Positions 44,204 through 53,008 of a DNA stretch of 64,000 bases are shown here, one piece after another. The stretch spans positions 8,005 through 72,004 of the forward strand of contig JBEEJZ010000027.1 of the NCBI GenBank assembly GCA_041168905.1, in the 5' to 3' direction. A program made the position numbers and the translations under genes. Origin of the DNA: Pseudomonadota bacterium. GTDB taxonomy: Bacteria; Pseudomonadota; Gammaproteobacteria; Burkholderiales; Burkholderiaceae_C. Within the stretch, counting starts at the first letter, position 1. Every line of letters starts with the position of its first letter. Under the pieces are notes generated by a model. That model did no database searches, was not told the origin of the DNA, and saw only the letters and a program-made list of their open reading frames with translations.

Positions 44204-45166
44204 TCAGTCGAGTGCGGCCTTGGCCTTGACGATCACGCCTGCCAGCTTGGTGGATTCAGCCTGGATGTAGGCGTTGAACTGCTCGCGTGTGGGCGTAAAG
44301 GGCTCGTAGCCAAACGAAACAAACTTCTCGCGCACATCGGGTTCGGCCAGGGCCTTGGCGATGTCGGCGTTGATCTTGTCGGCCACGGCTTTGGGCAGGC
44401 CTTTGGGCGCAGCGATCGCGGTCCAGCCGCTGACTTCAAAGTCTTTGGGGCCACCAGCTTCAGCCACAGTGGGCACGTCCTTGTAAGCTGGCAAGCGCTT
44501 GGGCGCGGCAATCGCCAGGAACTTGAGTTTGCCGGCGCGGTACAACGGGCCCGCAGTGGCGCTGGTGCCCATGGCAAAAGCCAGCTCGCCTGTGGCCACG
44601 CCGGTATAGAGCTGGCTGGTTTCCTTGTAAATCACGTGCTGCATCTCGGTGCCAGTCACGGTCTCGAACAGGGCCGAACCCAGGTGCACGGGGTTACCCA
44701 CCGACCAGGAGCCGTAATTGAGCTTGCCCGGGTTGGCCTTGGCGTCAGCCACGATGTCTGCCACGTTCTTGTACTTGCTGTCGTTGGCGGCGGTGAAGAA
44801 GAAGTAGGTCTTGAACAGCGGCAGCAGCACATCAAAGTCGGCGGCGGCGTTGTAGGGCAGCTTCTTGAACAGGTGCGGGTAGGCCGTCAGGTGCACGTTG
44901 TCCAGCTGGATCAGGTCGGTGCCGTCGGTGGCGCCGCGCTTGAAGGCGTCGATCGCGATGAACCCATTGCCGCCCGGGCGGTTTTCCACGATGACGGACT
45001 GACCCCAGGCTTTGGAGAGTTTGTCAGCCACCAGACGGGCGACGCCTTCGGGGCCACTGCCCACCGGGAAAGGGGTGATGATGCGCACGGGCTTGGTCGG
45101 AAAGGTTTGAGCCTGGGCGGCCAACGCCAGTCCGAGGGTCAGGGCGGTGAGGGTGCGTTTGAACAT
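44204..45166 (-). CDS. Bug family (TctC-like) tripartite tricarboxylate transporter substrate-binding protein
   Basis: Start at MFKRTLTALTLGLALAAQAQT (signal peptide). Contains FPTKPVRIITPFPVGSGPEGVARL...ENRPGGNG. Confidence 0.88.
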   Translation of the reverse strand: MFKRTLTALTLGLALAAQAQTFPTKPVRIITPFPVGSGPEGVARLVADKLSKAWGQSVIVENRPGGNGFIAIDAFKRGATDGTDLIQLDNVHLTAYPHLFKKLPYNAAADFDVLLPLFKTYFFFTAANDSKYKNVADIVADAKANPGKLNYGSWSVGNPVHLGSALFETVTGTEMQHVIYKETSQLYTGVATGELAFAMGTSATAGPLYRAGKLKFLAIAAPKRLPAYKDVPTVAEAGGPKDFEVSGWTAIAAPKGLPKAVADKINADIAKALAEPDVREKFVSFGYEPFTPTREQFNAYIQAESTKLAGVIVKAKAALD

Positions 45167-45198
45167 GGGGGGTCTCCAAAAAATCTTGAGCGGGGTCA

Positions 45199-45215
45199 AT
45201 TCGCAGAAGGCGAAT
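45199..45215. promoter_or_regulatory. Dyad ATTCGC-N5-GCGAAT (T-N11-A type), candidate LysR site
   Basis: Lies in the divergent Bug/LysR intergenic region. Confidence 0.4.
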
Positions 45216-45272
45216 GGGCTGCGATTTTGGGAAATCCAACCCGCCCTGAAAAGATGCCAGGATGGTTAGCGC

Positions 45273-45289
45273 GATAACATGGAGTTATC
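45273..45289. promoter_or_regulatory. Dyad GATAAC-N5-GTTATC, second candidate LysR site
   Basis: Same 6-5-6 geometry as the 45199 dyad. Ends 18 bp upstream of the LysR ATG. Confidence 0.35.
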
Positions 45290-45306
45290 ACCGAAGCCCG
45301 TACGCC

Positions 45307-46212
45307 ATGAAACTCAACGCCCTGCAAGCCCTGGTAGCTGCCATCGAGGAAGGCAGCCTGCGCGGTTCCGCACGCCGCATGGGTGTGTCGCAACCGGCCG
45401 TGACCAAGCTGGTGCGTGAGCTGGAAATTGAGCTGGCGGCGCCTCTGCTGGCGCGGCATTCACAAGGCGTTCGCCCCACACCTCAGGGCCAGGTGCTGTT
45501 TGAGCACGCGCTGAAAGTGGCGCGGGAGCTGGCCACGGCCACCGACCAGATTCAGCAGCTGGGCGGCCAGATGAAAGGCGAGATCCAGGTAGCGGCCGTG
45601 CCGGTGGCCATGATGCTGCTGATTCCGGAAACCTTGCGCACCTTTAGCCGGGCCTTCCCCGACATTCGACTGCGGGTGAGCGAAGAGCTGTTTGTGGAAC
45701 AGCTGCAAAAACTGCGCAACGGCCAAGTGGATCTGGTGGTGGGCGGCATCCCGGAAGGCCTGCCCAGCGGGGAGTTCATCGCCGAAAGGCTGATGGACAC
45801 GCGCATGGTGGTCGTGGCGCGGCGCGGTAGCCGTCACGCCCGCGCCAAGCGACTGTCCGAGCTATCCCAAGCGACCTGGGTCTACACCGGCACCTCAGCG
45901 CAGACGGGATATGCCAGCCGTCTTTTTGAAGCTCACGGCCTGCCTGCACCTCCCGTAGGTGCGATGGTGAACTCCACGCTATCGCTGCTTGCTCTCATCG
46001 GCTCGGGTGACCTGCTGGGGCTTATGCCCAAACAGATCATCAGCCACCCCTTGGCCGGGCAGGACATCGTGGAAGTGCCACTGGAAGAGCCCGGCCTGCC
46101 GCTGACGGTGGGCGCCATCATTCGTAGCGACTCCGTGGTGTCTCCCGCCATTCGTCAGTTCATCACGCACCTGCACCGAGCGGCGCATCAACTGAGCACC
46201 AGCTCGGCGTAG
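45307..46212 (+). CDS. LysR family transcriptional regulator
   Basis: Start at MKLNALQALVAAIEEGSLRGSARRMGVSQPAVTKLVRELE. Confidence 0.9.
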   Translation: MKLNALQALVAAIEEGSLRGSARRMGVSQPAVTKLVRELEIELAAPLLARHSQGVRPTPQGQVLFEHALKVARELATATDQIQQLGGQMKGEIQVAAVPVAMMLLIPETLRTFSRAFPDIRLRVSEELFVEQLQKLRNGQVDLVVGGIPEGLPSGEFIAERLMDTRMVVVARRGSRHARAKRLSELSQATWVYTGTSAQTGYASRLFEAHGLPAPPVGAMVNSTLSLLALIGSGDLLGLMPKQIISHPLAGQDIVEVPLEEPGLPLTVGAIIRSDSVVSPAIRQFITHLHRAAHQLSTSSA

Positions 46213-46316
46213 AAGTCGCTCCCCCGCGGCCAGGTCTGCACTTTGGGGTCGCGCCGCTCACGCACAACGACATCAAACCCAGGAATCAGGTGTACGCCGA
46301 GACATCTTGCTCCCAC

Positions 46317-48677
46317 TCAAAGCGCCAACATGATGGTCTGACCCGCCGCCCTTGAGCAGCAGCTCAGCATGCGCTTGTTGGTAGCGCGCTCGGTCTTGGT
46401 CAACACCTTGTCGCGGTGATCAACCTCGCCTTCGACCACGGTAACTTCGCAGGTCCCGCACAGGCCCTCGCCACAGTCGCAAGGGACGTCGATACCCGCC
46501 GATTGCAGCGCCTGCAGCAGTGTGCGGTCGGCGGGCACCAGCACGTCCAGGCCAGAGTCCTTGAGCCGCGCAACGAAAGCATGCTCCTTGCCCGGGTCCA
46601 GTGCGCCTGCTTCCGCATGAAAGTGCTCAAAGTGCAGCACTCCTTGGGGCCACTGTTCGCTCAAGGCTTCCAGCTCGTCGATCAGCCGGCCCGGGCCACA
46701 GGCGTAGACGCTGGTGCTGGCAGTCACAGAGGCCAGCATGTGCGGCAGGGACATGCGCTGGCCTGCGGCCTTGATGTACAGACTCAAGTGTTCACCATGG
46801 TCTTGCTGCAGCCTGGCAAGCAGGGCCATGTGCTGACGTGAGCGCCCGGCGTAGTGCAGCTCGTAGGGTTTGCCCAATTGCCTGAGCCGGTCTGCCATGG
46901 CCATCATGGGAGTGATGCCTATGCCCCCGGCAATGAGCACGAAGTGCTCGGCTGACTCGTCGAGCCGGAACAGGTTCCTGGGGCCGGCAAGTTTCAGCAC
47001 ATCACCCACAGCCAGTTCGTCACAGAAGTGCCGCGAGCCACCACGGCCCTCGTTTTCGCGCTGCACCACCACCTGCAGCGTCTTGCGGTCGGCAGCCTTC
47101 CCACACAGGGAGTATTTGCGCCGGTACCCGCCAGCGATGAGATCCACATGCGCACCTGCCGTCCAGGCGGGCATGTCGCCACCCTCCGGGTCAGCCAGCA
47201 CCAAGCGGCACAGCCCAAGGCCCTCAGAGTGCCTTTCGCGGACAACGACCGTGCGGGCGATATTGCCCTTGGCTGGTGGCCCGATGTAAAAGTCCATGCT
47301 GTGGCGGGAGACCACGGCTGGATCGGCGCGCTCGGGGTTTTGCGCCGGGTCCCATTCAACCCACAGTTCTTCGGGCCCACGAAACGAGGTGTTGGGCAGG
47401 AAATCAAACTTTTGGCCCGGTACCAGGCGCATATGCGGCAGGCGGCGGGCAAACTCTTCCAGGAACACCCTCATTTGCATGCGCCCGATGTTCTTGCCCA
47501 TGCACTGGTGCGCACCGTAGCCGAAGGTGAGGTGTTCCACGGCGTTTTCGCGGTACAGGTCCACGTTGTCGGGGTTCTCGAAATGCAAGGGGTCGAAGTT
47601 GGCTGACGCCTGAACCAGCAGCAGCTTGGCACCTTTGGGAATGAGCACACCACCCACGTAGGCATCGGCGGTGGCCACACGACGCCAGGCAATGATGGAG
47701 CCAGCCACGCGCAGGCACTCCTCCACCGCGTTGGGTATCAGCGCCGGGTTCTTGCAGATGGCGTCCCAGGCCTCGCGATGCGTCAACAGCGTCATGAAGG
47801 CGTTGGCTGTGGCGTTGGAGGTAGTCTCGTGCGCAGCCGCCAGGATGGCCATCATCATGGAGCGCAAATAGGACATCGTGACGATGTCCGGGTGCTTGTG
47901 GTGCTGTCGGATGCTCTCGAACATCCAGCCTTCGCCATCCGGTTGGGCCATCATGCCGTCCAGGATTTTTTGCGCGGTTTGCCAGAACCGGCCCACGCTC
48001 TCGGCGATCTGCAGCTGTTCCTGTGCGGTGGGGCGACCCCAGGTGTTGAGCGTGTGCGCCACGGCGAACTGGCGCAGCTGCTCGGCACCGTCGTCGGGTA
48101 CACCCAGGAATTTCAGAGCGATGTTCAGCGGAATCTCGTAGAACATCTCACGCACGAGGTCGGCGCGGCCTTGGTCAACAAAACGGTCCAGGTACTGCCG
48201 CGCCAATGCTCGCACCGTGGGCTCGTACGTCACCAGACGCTCGGGCAGGAATGCATCCATCAGCAGGCGCCGGCGCGCCATGTGGTCGGGCTCGTCCTCG
48301 TTCACCATGGTGCGATTCATTGCAAAGCCATAGCCCTGCAGGATCTGCATCACCTCGGGCGTGGCGGGGGTGATTTTTTCCAGCGCTATCGACGGAGAGA
48401 ACAGGATGTTGTCGCGGAACACCGCCTTGACGTCTTCATACCGTGTGACGACCCAGTAGCCCAGCTGAGGGCTCCAGAAGATGGGCTGCTGCTCGCGTGC
48501 CCAGCGCAGGTATTGCGCCGGTGCCTGCATGTAAGCGGACTCAAACGGGTTGAATGCGGCAGCGTTGTCACTCACCGGGCACCCGTTGGGAGCCACGGCC
48601 CGCCCCATGAGAGCCTGGTGGTCTACAGGACAACGGCCTGTTACAGGGGGCACGACAGATTTCATGACTTGCTCCAA
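46317..48677 (-). CDS. Self-sufficient cytochrome P450 fused to a phthalate-dioxygenase-reductase-like FMN/NADH domain and a 2Fe-2S ferredoxin (CYP116B/P450RhF-like architecture)
   Basis: 786 aa. P450 I-helix AAHETT and heme loop FGYGAHQCMGKNIG. Reductase RKYSLCG (FMN) and GGIGITP (NAD). C-terminal CDCGEGLCGTCEV...SCCS 2Fe-2S cluster. Confidence 0.88.
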   Translation of the reverse strand: MEQVMKSVVPPVTGRCPVDHQALMGRAVAPNGCPVSDNAAAFNPFESAYMQAPAQYLRWAREQQPIFWSPQLGYWVVTRYEDVKAVFRDNILFSPSIALEKITPATPEVMQILQGYGFAMNRTMVNEDEPDHMARRRLLMDAFLPERLVTYEPTVRALARQYLDRFVDQGRADLVREMFYEIPLNIALKFLGVPDDGAEQLRQFAVAHTLNTWGRPTAQEQLQIAESVGRFWQTAQKILDGMMAQPDGEGWMFESIRQHHKHPDIVTMSYLRSMMMAILAAAHETTSNATANAFMTLLTHREAWDAICKNPALIPNAVEECLRVAGSIIAWRRVATADAYVGGVLIPKGAKLLLVQASANFDPLHFENPDNVDLYRENAVEHLTFGYGAHQCMGKNIGRMQMRVFLEEFARRLPHMRLVPGQKFDFLPNTSFRGPEELWVEWDPAQNPERADPAVVSRHSMDFYIGPPAKGNIARTVVVRERHSEGLGLCRLVLADPEGGDMPAWTAGAHVDLIAGGYRRKYSLCGKAADRKTLQVVVQRENEGRGGSRHFCDELAVGDVLKLAGPRNLFRLDESAEHFVLIAGGIGITPMMAMADRLRQLGKPYELHYAGRSRQHMALLARLQQDHGEHLSLYIKAAGQRMSLPHMLASVTASTSVYACGPGRLIDELEALSEQWPQGVLHFEHFHAEAGALDPGKEHAFVARLKDSGLDVLVPADRTLLQALQSAGIDVPCDCGEGLCGTCEVTVVEGEVDHRDKVLTKTERATNKRMLSCCSRAAGQTIMLAL

Positions 48678-48804
48678 AGCGCCATATTTTGCACGGACGA
48701 ATGGGGCGTGAGACCACCCGGGCTGGGTAGGCCGAAACGAACGGTACAGGTCAACGTCTGACCAAAAAATAGCGCCATAATTAGCTCTAAATTAGGAGTC
48801 GAAG

Positions 48805-49056
48805 ATGGAAGCCATTTATGCCGATGTCATGGTCAGCATGTCCGAGTTCAAAAAAAACCCGGCGGCTGTTTTGCGTGCAGCCCATAGCCGGCCAGTAGCG
48901 GTTTTGAACCACAACAAGGCCGCGTTTTACATGCTGGAGCCCGCCTTGTTTGAGGCCATGCTGGAAGAGCTGGCAAATCAGGAACTTGGCCGCACGGTGC
49001 TGGCTCGTATGGGGGAGCGAGCACAAGCAATCGAGGTAGATATCGATGCCATCTGA
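48805..49056 (+). CDS. Phd/YefM (StbD-like) type II antitoxin
   Basis: 83 aa. The sequence VSMSEFKKNPAAVLRAAHSRPVAVLNHNKAAFYMLEPALFEAMLE is typical. Overlaps the toxin gene by 11 bp. Confidence 0.85.
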   Translation: MEAIYADVMVSMSEFKKNPAAVLRAAHSRPVAVLNHNKAAFYMLEPALFEAMLEELANQELGRTVLARMGERAQAIEVDIDAI

Positions 49057-49459
49057 GGGCACGCCAGCACCCAGCAAACACAAGTACCGGCTGCAGTTTG
49101 TGCCCAGCGCTTGGGACGAATGGCAAAAGCTGGATGGATCGGTCAGAGAGCCCTTGCGAAAGTTACTCAAAAAACGCTTGGACCAGCCCCATGTTCCGGG
49201 CTCTGCACTCCGTGGGCCACTGCTCGGACACTACAAGATCAAACTCAGGAAACAGGGCTACCGTCTGATTTATGGGGTCGAGGATGATGTGCTCATCGTC
49301 ATGGTGATGGCGGTAGACAAACGCGAGGACAGCGTGGTGTACCAATCCGCTGTTTCGCGAGTGTCTGAGAAGGTGGCTCAATATGTCAAAACAGGCCCCA
49401 AGCGAGCCAAGCCCAGAGCAGGTGCATCAGCGTTGATCACCATCAACCACCAACCCTAG
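49046..49459 (+). CDS. RelE/StbE family type II toxin with a C-terminal extension
   Basis: 137 aa. The sequence YRLQFVPSAWDEWQKLDGSVREPLRKLLKKRL...GHYKIKLRKQGYRLIYGVEDDVLIVMVMAVDKRE is the RelE/StbE core. About 30 extra Lys/Ala-rich residues follow. Confidence 0.8.
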   Translation: MPSEGTPAPSKHKYRLQFVPSAWDEWQKLDGSVREPLRKLLKKRLDQPHVPGSALRGPLLGHYKIKLRKQGYRLIYGVEDDVLIVMVMAVDKREDSVVYQSAVSRVSEKVAQYVKTGPKRAKPRAGASALITINHQP

Positions 49460-49468
49460 GCCCACTCT

Positions 49469-50077
49469 TCACACCCAATTCCCCAACACCGACAGCGCCA
49501 GCAAGCCACCCATGGCCCGGTTGAACCAGCGGCGCCGGGTGGGCGGTGCCAGCCAGCGGCGCAGGTGTTGGCCCAGCAGGGCCCAGCTGCCGACGCAGGG
49601 TAGGTTGACCAGGCAAAACAACAAAGACAAGGCCATGGCCTGACCCAAAGAGGCCTGTGGCGGCACATAGGTGCTGAAAAAGCCCAGCACCATCACCCAC
49701 ACCTTGGGATTGACCCACTGAAATGCTGCCGCAGCCCAAAAACCCATGGGCCGTGCCGCTGCGCCCGAGGTCTGGATGGACGAGGCTTGCGTATGGGCGA
49801 GGCCCCAGGCCAGCCACAGCAGGTAAGCAGAACCCAGCCAGCGCAGCACCTCATGCACTGCCGGGTGTAAAGCCACCAGGGTTTGCAGGCCCGCGCTGGC
49901 CGGCAACAGAATCAGCCCCAGCCCGCCACTGACGCCCAAAAGATGGGGCACGGTGCGGCGAAAGCCGAAATTGACACCCGAGGCCAGCAGCATGGTGTTG
50001 TTGGGCCCCGGGGTGATGGAGGTGGCCAGCGCAAACAGGGCACAGGCAATCAGGGTGGAAGAAGTCAGGTTACTCAT
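49469..50077 (-). CDS. LysE/RhtB family amino-acid exporter
   Basis: Start at MSNLTSSTLIACALFALATSITPGPNNTMLLASG, giving 202 aa. Confidence 0.85.
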   Translation of the reverse strand: MSNLTSSTLIACALFALATSITPGPNNTMLLASGVNFGFRRTVPHLLGVSGGLGLILLPASAGLQTLVALHPAVHEVLRWLGSAYLLWLAWGLAHTQASSIQTSGAAARPMGFWAAAAFQWVNPKVWVMVLGFFSTYVPPQASLGQAMALSLLFCLVNLPCVGSWALLGQHLRRWLAPPTRRRWFNRAMGGLLALSVLGNWV

Positions 50078-50132
50078 GGTGGGCAGCATAGATGGCACCA
50101 CCAATACAATCAAACAATTGTCCTAGTTACAC

Positions 50133-51473
50133 ATGAGCACCACCCGACACCAGGCCCTGGTCGATGAAATGAGTACCGGCATTCGGGCTGGGCGTTGGCC
50201 TGCCGGGAGCCGTCTGCCCACGCACCGCGCCTTTGCCCGCGAAAACGGCATTGCACTGGCCACCGCCAGCAAGGTCTACGCCACTTTGCAAGAGATGGCA
50301 CTGGTCGCTGGCGAAACCGGGCGTGGCACCTATGTGCGTGAATGGCCCAGCGGCTCGGACCACAGCCTGCAGTCGGCCATGCCTCAGCCAGCGCCGGTGG
50401 ACCTGGCCTTTACCTACCCGCACACGCCCAACGCCGAGGCATTGCTGACATCCGCCTGGCAGGCCCTGCGTGACGCGGGCGAGCTCCCGCGCCTGATGGA
50501 GGTGCAGCCGCTGGCGGGTGCCTGGCCACACCGGGAAGCGGTGGCACATCACCTATACAGCCGCGGCCTGAATGCCGACGCCAACGACGTGATGCTGGTG
50601 GGTGGTGCTCAGCAGGGCCTGGCCTGCACGGTCATGGCCTTGCTGCAGCCCGGCGATGTGGTGGTCGTGGACGAAATGACCTATCCCGGCATGCTGGCAC
50701 TGGGCCAGACCCACATGCTGGACATGCAGGCCCTGCGCTGGCACGCCCATGGCGGCCCCGATCTGCAAGCCCTGGCAGACCTGCTGCAACGCCGCCCAGT
50801 GAAAGCCATCTACACCATGCCTACCCTGCACAACCCCACAGGCTGGGTCATGAACGAGACGGAGCGTGAGGCGCTGGTGGCCCTGGCGCGCCAGCACAAA
50901 GTGTGGTTGATTGAAGATGCCACCTATGCGTTTTTGGTGTCTGACGCCCCGCTGCCCCTGGCCGCCCTTGCCCCCGAGCGAACAGTCTATGTTTCAAGTC
51001 TGAGCAAAAGCGTGGGCGGCGGCGGGCGGCTGGGCTTCATGGTGGTTCCCCCTGCGCTAGCGCCCCGTTTTGAGCGCACACTGCGGGCCCTGACCTGGAG
51101 CCAGCCTGGGCTGATGGCGGCATTGGCCGCGCACTGGATCCACAGCGGCGAGGTGCTGCGCTTGGAGGGAGACAAACGCCGGGCCGCCCAGCAACGTCAG
51201 GCCATGGCGCAAGTTCACTTGAACGGGCTGCGTCTGCAGGCTAACCTGGAATCGTTTTTTGTCTGGGTGCACTTGCCTGAAGCGGTGCGCCCCGAACCGC
51301 TGACACTGCGATTAGCCGAGCTGGGCATCGCAGTGGCGCCAGCCACCGCGTTCGCTGCGGGTGCACACGCACCCCGCGCCATCCGCCTGAGTCTGGGCGG
51401 TGCCAGCATCGAAACGTTGCAGGTCGCCCTGCCGCTGGTGCGCAAAGCCATCGACGACCTGGCCTGGGGCTAA
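50133..51473 (+). CDS. MocR-type regulator (GntR wHTH fused to a PLP aminotransferase-like domain)
   Basis: 446 aa. N-terminal LPTHRAFARENGIALATASKVYATLQEMALV, then a fold-type I aminotransferase-like domain (YVSSLSKSVGGG lysine region). Confidence 0.85.
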   Translation: MSTTRHQALVDEMSTGIRAGRWPAGSRLPTHRAFARENGIALATASKVYATLQEMALVAGETGRGTYVREWPSGSDHSLQSAMPQPAPVDLAFTYPHTPNAEALLTSAWQALRDAGELPRLMEVQPLAGAWPHREAVAHHLYSRGLNADANDVMLVGGAQQGLACTVMALLQPGDVVVVDEMTYPGMLALGQTHMLDMQALRWHAHGGPDLQALADLLQRRPVKAIYTMPTLHNPTGWVMNETEREALVALARQHKVWLIEDATYAFLVSDAPLPLAALAPERTVYVSSLSKSVGGGGRLGFMVVPPALAPRFERTLRALTWSQPGLMAALAAHWIHSGEVLRLEGDKRRAAQQRQAMAQVHLNGLRLQANLESFFVWVHLPEAVRPEPLTLRLAELGIAVAPATAFAAGAHAPRAIRLSLGGASIETLQVALPLVRKAIDDLAWG

Positions 51474-52753
51474 TCAGAGTCGACCGCCTGCGGCTCCGAT
51501 TTACGGGCGTTAAGGTGCCGATACAGCAGGCCCCGCGACACGCCCAGACTGCGGGCGGCCTTGGAGATATTGCCGCCGCAGGCCGCCAGCGTGCTGTCGA
51601 TCATCTGGTTGTGGTGTTCACTCAAACGCGCGCCGGCGGGCAATTTGCTGGTCGGCAACAGTGTCGTGTGCTCGGTCTCAGAGCCGGCGTCTTCACCCGC
51701 CAGCGGCGCGAGGGAAGTTGGCAACCCGCTCGAAGATACAGGCGGCTTGTTCGCCGACAAGGCGATGGCGTGCCCAAAATCGAGGCCATCCGACGCCAGC
51801 AGACTGGCCCGAGCCCACACTCCCAGCCCATTGGGCAAGCGCAAAGCGGTCAGTCCGGTGTGGCGAGTCAGGGCCAGCAAAGACGAGGGTTCAAGGCCAA
51901 ACAGGGAGGTCACATCGCGTGCGGCGCCATGGGCGGTAGCCCCTAACAAGCGTGCGGCTGCGCCATTGAGCCAGGCAACCTGACCGGTGGCGCTGATACC
52001 TGCCAACGCCTCCATCGGGGTCGCCAGCAGGGATGGGCTGGCCTGAAAACGCAAGAGCAGATGCTCACGGGACTGCGCCAGCAAAAGCCGGTTTTCGATG
52101 GACGTTGCGTAGACCCCGACCATGGAGGCCGCGTCGAAATCGAAATGCCGCCCTTCCAGCGTGATGTCCAGCACCGCAGCTACCTGGCCATGCACGTCAT
52201 GAATGGGCGCTGCCGCGCATTCAAAACTGCTCAGACAGTCAAAGTAATGCTCGGCTCCAGTCACCGTACAGGCCTGACCGGTGAGTGTGACGATACCCGG
52301 CGCGGTGGTACCGACATGGGCTTCGGACAAATTAACGCCCACCCGGCAGGCCTTGCCCAGCAGGGGCTCCTGCGCGGCCATGGGGTTGTGGGTGGCATGC
52401 ACGATGACCCCCTGCGCGTCGGTCAGCAGCACGCGGCAATCAATGCCCGCCAGGGCCGCCTCCATGGTCAACAGTTCTTGTTGCGCGGCCTCCAGCAATT
52501 CTCGATTTCGGTTCAGTGTCGCGTGCTTGCGGCTGGCCGTGACGGGATTGAACTCCAGGGACTGCCGGGCTACTTGCCGGCCCGAGGTACAACGCATCCA
52601 GGACTGGATTACCCCCTCGCCCACCAAACCTGTGGGTCTCAACCCTTGCTCGAAAAACTGATCTCTGGCTTGCGCGATGCGTTGCATGCGGGTGCTAGGA
52701 AACAACTGTGTGGGCAGGGAAGCTGACAGGTGATGGGTCGCACGCAGGGCCAT
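51470..52753 (-). CDS. AcoR-like GAF/PAS + Fis-type HTH regulator lacking a sigma-54 AAA+ module
   Basis: 427 aa. N-terminal VIQSWMRCTS... and a GAF-like region. C-terminal GNISKAARSLGVSRGLLYRHL (HTH_8). No Walker A or GAFTGA seen between them. The start may be at 52687. Confidence 0.7.
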   Translation of the reverse strand: MALRATHHLSASLPTQLFPSTRMQRIAQARDQFFEQGLRPTGLVGEGVIQSWMRCTSGRQVARQSLEFNPVTASRKHATLNRNRELLEAAQQELLTMEAALAGIDCRVLLTDAQGVIVHATHNPMAAQEPLLGKACRVGVNLSEAHVGTTAPGIVTLTGQACTVTGAEHYFDCLSSFECAAAPIHDVHGQVAAVLDITLEGRHFDFDAASMVGVYATSIENRLLLAQSREHLLLRFQASPSLLATPMEALAGISATGQVAWLNGAAARLLGATAHGAARDVTSLFGLEPSSLLALTRHTGLTALRLPNGLGVWARASLLASDGLDFGHAIALSANKPPVSSSGLPTSLAPLAGEDAGSETEHTTLLPTSKLPAGARLSEHHNQMIDSTLAACGGNISKAARSLGVSRGLLYRHLNARKSEPQAVDSD

Positions 52754-53008
52754 GGGTATTTTTCGTCAAAGACTCAAAGCAGATGACCGGAGTTTGGCAG
52801 GCCAGATGCCCGCCGTACACAGGGTAAATACGGGTTTTCCTCCATTTACCCGCCATTTTTTTGTGGAATTGTTCCACCGTAGAACAGTTCCTACCTAGGG
52901 TATTCCCGCAGGTGCAAATCTATCGTTCCGTTGCAATCATCAAACACCTTGCACACGTTTGTGCGGGGGCGCTTACGACGCAACAAACATCAGGACAGGA
53001 GACAGTTC

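Noticed and set aside
52795-52809. Sigma-54-like -24/-12 element TGGCAG-N5-ATGC upstream of the PQQ dehydrogenase
   Set aside because: The GG-N10-GC spacing fits, but the -12 box is imperfect (ATGC, not TTGC). It lies about 200 bp from the start codon, and the adjacent regulator lacks the AAA+ domain needed to activate sigma-54. This is too weak to call without a position-weight-matrix score or transcription start-site data.
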